Shown one piece after another: positions 28,738 through 32,000 of a stretch of 32,000 bases of DNA. The stretch comes from Candidatus Omnitrophota bacterium (GTDB lineage Bacteria; Omnitrophota; Gorgyraeia; 2-01-FULL-45-10). The notes beneath the pieces are model-generated. The model was not told the DNA's origin. It ran no database searches and was given only the letters and a program-made list of their open reading frames with translations. The translations under genes and the position numbers were made by a program. The stretch lies in NCBI GenBank assembly GCA_023818895.1, contig JAMWCX010000003.1, positions 240,001 through 272,000 on the forward strand. Reading direction: 5' to 3'. Position 1 is the first letter of the stretch; every line of letters starts with the position of its first letter.

Positions 28738-29955
28738 ATGGCAAAGACGATAAAAGAGATAAACGAAAAGATAAAACGCGGCGAGGCGGTAGTAGTGACA
28801 GCCGAAGAGGTCATCGACCTTGTCGAAAAGAAGGGCCTTAAAGAAACGGCAAGGCATGTCGATGTCGTTACAACAGGGACATTCGGGCCGATGTGCTCGT
28901 CCGGCGTTTACTTGAATGTGGGTCACGCCAAACCGAAGATAAAGTTAGGAGGAGGTCATGTGACTTTAAACGGCGTGCCGGCGTATACGGGCTTCGCCGC
29001 CGTGGATATTTACATAGGCGCAACCGCTATGCCTGACGACGACCCGCGCAATAAGGTCTATCCAGGCGAGTTTAGATATGGAGGCGGTCATGTAATAGAA
29101 GAGCTTGTGTCAGGTAAGGATATAGTGCTCGAAGGCGCCGCTTACGGCACAGACTGTTATCCGCGCAAGCATATAAAGACTTATATAAATATAAAGGACT
29201 TGAACGAGGCCGTGCTTTTGAATCCGCGCAACTGCTACCAGAACTACAATGTGGCGGTGAATGCATCTGACTCAAAGACAATCTACACATACATGGGCGC
29301 GCTCAAACCGGGCTTCGGCAACGCTAACTATTGTTCGGCAGGGCAGCTTTCGCCGCTTCTTAAAGATCCGCTATACAGGACCATCGGAGTGGGTACCAGG
29401 ATATTTCTTGGCGGCGGCGTCGGCTATGTCTACTGGCATGGCACCCAGCATAATCCTTCGGTGAAGCGCAAGGATAACGGTGTTCCGCAGGTGCCCGCCG
29501 GCACAATCGCAGTCATGGGCGATCTCAAGCAGATGAGCCCTTCCTGGCTTAGGGGAATATCGTTTCAGGGATACGGCGTTAGCCTTACCGTCGGTCTCGG
29601 AATTCCGATACCTATCCTAAATGAGGATGTGCTCAAGGATGCGGCCATAAAGGATGAAGATATCTGGACCCAAATCGTCGACTATAGCGAAGACTATCCA
29701 CAGGGAAAACCAAACTCGCTCGGCGAGGTGAACTATAAACAACTCAAGAGCGGCTCTATTAATATTAAAGGTAAAGAGGTCCCGACGTCTTCTCTTTCGA
29801 GCTATGTGAAAGCGCTCGAAATCGCAGAGGAACTCAAAAAATGGATAAAGGATAGAAAGTTTTTTCTGACAGAATATGTTCAAAGGCTGCCTGGAGCCGA
29901 ATCAGGGTATTCTTTTAAGCCGCTGAAAGAAAGACCAGTTAAAGAGGAGGAATAA
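28738..29955 (+). CDS. COG1900/DUF39-family homocysteine biosynthesis (sulfur-incorporation) protein
   Basis: 405 aa. The N-terminus TIKEINEKIKRGEAVVVTAEE, then VDVVTTGTFGPMCSSG, NPRNCYQNYNVAVN and CSAGQLSPLL match my memory of the methanogen-type DUF39 family. Confidence 0.75.
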   Translation: MAKTIKEINEKIKRGEAVVVTAEEVIDLVEKKGLKETARHVDVVTTGTFGPMCSSGVYLNVGHAKPKIKLGGGHVTLNGVPAYTGFAAVDIYIGATAMPDDDPRNKVYPGEFRYGGGHVIEELVSGKDIVLEGAAYGTDCYPRKHIKTYINIKDLNEAVLLNPRNCYQNYNVAVNASDSKTIYTYMGALKPGFGNANYCSAGQLSPLLKDPLYRTIGVGTRIFLGGGVGYVYWHGTQHNPSVKRKDNGVPQVPAGTIAVMGDLKQMSPSWLRGISFQGYGVSLTVGLGIPIPILNEDVLKDAAIKDEDIWTQIVDYSEDYPQGKPNSLGEVNYKQLKSGSINIKGKEVPTSSLSSYVKALEIAEELKKWIKDRKFFLTEYVQRLPGAESGYSFKPLKERPVKEEE

Positions 29956-29966
29956 CATTTCGAGAA

Positions 29967-30872
29967 ATGGAACATTTTTTTCACATATTTTTACATTATC
30001 TTGCAGAGATACTACCGGCACTCGCTATAGGATTTTTCATAAGCGGCCTGGTACATGAACTTGTCCCAGAAGAATCGGTTCTGAAATACCTGGGCTCGGG
30101 TGGCATAAAACCGATACTGGCCTCCACCGTTATCGGAACAATCCTTCCGGTCTGCTGTATTGGGAGCCTCCCGATAGCGGTTAGTTTCTACAAAAAAGGA
30201 GCTAAGCTCGGTCCTGTGCTCGCCTTTCTCGTTGCTACCCCTGCAACGTCTGTGAGCGCGCTACTCGTAGCCTACAGTGTCTTGGGCCCGCTTTTTACAG
30301 TCTATATTTTCTTCGCGGTAATATTAATGGGTGTCGCTATGGGATTTATAGGTGACGCTATAAGGTATACGCCAAGGACTGCGCCTGCCAAAGAAGTCTG
30401 CCCACATTGCGAGATAGACTCAACGCATATTCACAAACACATGAAAAAGTCGCCGAAAGAGAGAATCGTCTCTGCTCTTAAATATGCGTACTTAGAATTG
30501 CCAAGGGAAATAGGCCTAGAGCTTCTAGCCGGAATACTGCTCGCCGCATTTGTGGCCACTTTTGTGCCTGTGGGGCGGCTTATAAAGATATATCTCAGCG
30601 GACCGCTAGGGTACGCCTTTGCTATCATATTTGGCATAGTTATGTATATTTGCTCAACCGCCACAGTGCCTCTGGTAGACAGCCTCATGAGACAGGGAAT
30701 GAATTCCGGCGCCGGCATGACGCTTCTTCTTATCGGCCCGGTCACAAGCTATGGAACTATTCTTGTCCTTAGGAAAGAATATGGCCCGAAGGTTCTTGCC
30801 ATATTTATCATTTCGCTTATAATACTATCATTGATACTGGGTTTAGGCTTTTACGCTATAAGACCCACTTGA
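29967..30872 (+). CDS. ArsP/DUF318 (PF03773-like) permease with a vicinal Cys pair and a CxxC/His-rich cytosolic loop
   Basis: 301 aa with about 8 predicted TM segments in two halves. LPVCCIGSLP lies in TM3, in the position of the ArsP TPFCSCS motif. The central loop reads KEVCPHCEIDSTHIHKHMKK. Confidence 0.65.
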   Translation: MEHFFHIFLHYLAEILPALAIGFFISGLVHELVPEESVLKYLGSGGIKPILASTVIGTILPVCCIGSLPIAVSFYKKGAKLGPVLAFLVATPATSVSALLVAYSVLGPLFTVYIFFAVILMGVAMGFIGDAIRYTPRTAPAKEVCPHCEIDSTHIHKHMKKSPKERIVSALKYAYLELPREIGLELLAGILLAAFVATFVPVGRLIKIYLSGPLGYAFAIIFGIVMYICSTATVPLVDSLMRQGMNSGAGMTLLLIGPVTSYGTILVLRKEYGPKVLAIFIISLIILSLILGLGFYAIRPT

Positions 30873-30935
30873 GGTTGGAAATACGTTTGAGGTCAGGTGG
30901 CTCTTGGCGAGAGACGAGTTATGGAGGATTAATAA

Positions 30936-31097
30936 TTGGATAAAGTTCGTCCTGTCTTCATCAGGCTGCTAATCGCGGCAGCCACCGTATATGTAATCGG
31001 AACAACTTTTATATTGTCAGAACTGATAGAAAAAATCGGCAGGCTGGAGTTTGAGATGATTCATCTTACCGGAAAATGCACCGCGCACCATAAGTGA
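30936..31097 (+). CDS. hypothetical 53-aa single-TM protein (not in the ORF track)
   Basis: TTG start 7 nt after a strong SD GGAGGA (30923-30928). Translation: (M)DKVRPVFIRLLIAAATVYVIGTTFILSELIEKIGRLEFEMIHLTGKCTAHHK*. It has one hydrophobic helix and a Cys/His-containing tail. Confidence 0.35.
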   Translation: MDKVRPVFIRLLIAAATVYVIGTTFILSELIEKIGRLEFEMIHLTGKCTAHHK

Positions 31098-31113
31098 TTG
31101 AAAGATTAAGATC

Positions 31114-32000
31114 GTGAAACCGCTGGTGATATTAATATTTTTGGCGGCATATACGCTCATAGTCCTTAAAAAAGGTAACCCATTCGTTGTCCTCGCCTCG
31201 GCAATAGGCGCATTCCTTGCGATAGGCGCGCTTAGTTTTCGCGAGGCCTTCCTTAGCATAAACTTCAATGTGTTGGGAGTCTTTTGGGGCACGATGGTCC
31301 TTTCAGGATTATTTATCTTTTCAAAAGTTCCCGCTTTTTTGGCCACAATGCTCGTTGACAGGGCACGCTCCATAGGGACAGCGATGCTCTACGTATGCTT
31401 TTTATCTGGTTTCATTTCGAGTTTTGTCGAGAATGTCGCCACCGTCCTCATCGTGGGCCCTATAGCGCTTGAGGTTGCCAGAAAACTTAAGGCAGATCCA
31501 GTCCCTTTCCTTATAGGGCTCGCCGTCTCATCGAACTTGCAGGGCTGCGCCACAATGGTTGGTGACAGCCCTAGCATAATACTCGCCATGTCGAGCGGGA
31601 TGAATTTTATGGATTTCTTTTGGATGAAAGGGAGGCCCGGCATAACGTTCGCCGTTGAGCTGGGAGCGCTCGCCTCATTCTTGGTGCTCTGGCTAATGTT
31701 CAGGAAATACAAGGAGCCTGTCAGCCGGGTTGAAGAAACGAGTGTCAAGACATGGATTCCGACCATTCTAATGACCATGATGATGTTGACGCTCGGCCTT
31801 TCCAGCTTTATTCCTGATAAACCACCTTATACGGTAGCCGGTATCTGCGTCATATACGGCATCGTGGGCCTTCTCTGGCACGAGCTGCGTCACAAAGAAT
31901 CAATATCTATTTTTAGAGATCTCGACTGGCATACCTTCTTTTTCCTGATAGGCATATTTATATTAGTCGGCACTCTTACGCAGCGGGGGATAGTAGACGA
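31114..32000 (+). CDS. ArsB/NhaD-superfamily ion transporter permease (5' part; continues beyond the window)
   Basis: Not in the ORF track because it is open-ended. The frame from GTG 31114 has no stop through position 32000. It is highly hydrophobic (VKPLVILIFLAAYTLIVL...). The motif SSNLQGCATMVGDSPSIILA resembles the superfamily signature SN(I/L)GG.AT.IGDPPN. The start codon is uncertain. Confidence 0.7.
   Translation, partial: MKPLVILIFLAAYTLIVLKKGNPFVVLASAIGAFLAIGALSFREAFLSINFNVLGVFWGTMVLSGLFIFSKVPAFLATMLVDRARSIGTAMLYVCFLSGFISSFVENVATVLIVGPIALEVARKLKADPVPFLIGLAVSSNLQGCATMVGDSPSIILAMSSGMNFMDFFWMKGRPGITFAVELGALASFLVLWLMFRKYKEPVSRVEETSVKTWIPTILMTMMMLTLGLSSFIPDKPPYTVAGICVIYGIVGLLWHELRHKESISIFRDLDWHTFFFLIGIFILVGTLTQRGIVD

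Noticed and set aside
31017-31778. Two minus-strand ORFs (118 and 129 aa) offered by the ORF track near the window end
   Set aside because: The plus-strand frame from 31114 is open to the window end, strongly hydrophobic, and carries an ArsB/NhaD-like signature. The minus ORFs are antisense shadows.

Overview
This window is the replication-origin neighbourhood of a bacterial chromosome and is almost entirely conserved housekeeping genes. GC is mid-40s% by eye. The lineage is unknown; the anaerobe-style sulfur genes and an orphan prepilin-type protein only weakly hint at an uncultivated PVC/Omnitrophota-like group. Left of about 7.4 kb every gene is on the minus strand: gyrA (partial) < gyrB < DUF721/DciA-like < dnaN < dnaA. 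Right of it every gene is on the plus strand: rpmH-rnpA-yidD-yidC, parA-parB, ndk, yicC-gmk-rpoZ-coaC-coaB, and a prepilin-type protein. These are followed by tRNA-Cys, tRNA-Val and tRNA-Leu with tRNA-Val debris between them, then thrS-infC-rpmI-rplT-pheS-pheT. Next come a 460-nt gene-free gap holding a strongly structured RNA candidate, rarA, and a PP-loop ATPase. The window ends with a TPP riboswitch-thiE-thi4 unit and an Rrf2-cysK-COG1900(DUF39)-permease-small ORF-ArsB/NhaD permease cluster that runs off the end. I saw no CRISPR array, IS element, integrase, toxin-antitoxin pair or recognisable defence gene, and no convincing novel multi-gene system. Three loci look most likely to be new. 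(i) The plus-strand structured RNA at 22.8-23.1 kb has a 6S-like architecture but no sequence hallmark I recognise. (ii) The sulfide-centred cluster at 25.6-32 kb combines a non-Cys Thi4, a 3-Cys Rrf2 regulator, CysK, a COG1900 homocysteine enzyme without its usual partner, a Cys/His-decorated permease and an unannotated 53-aa membrane ORF. (iii) tRNA-Val-derived debris and a repeated trailer motif lie in the tRNA cluster and thrS leader. All functional calls come from motif recognition by eye; no searches were run.
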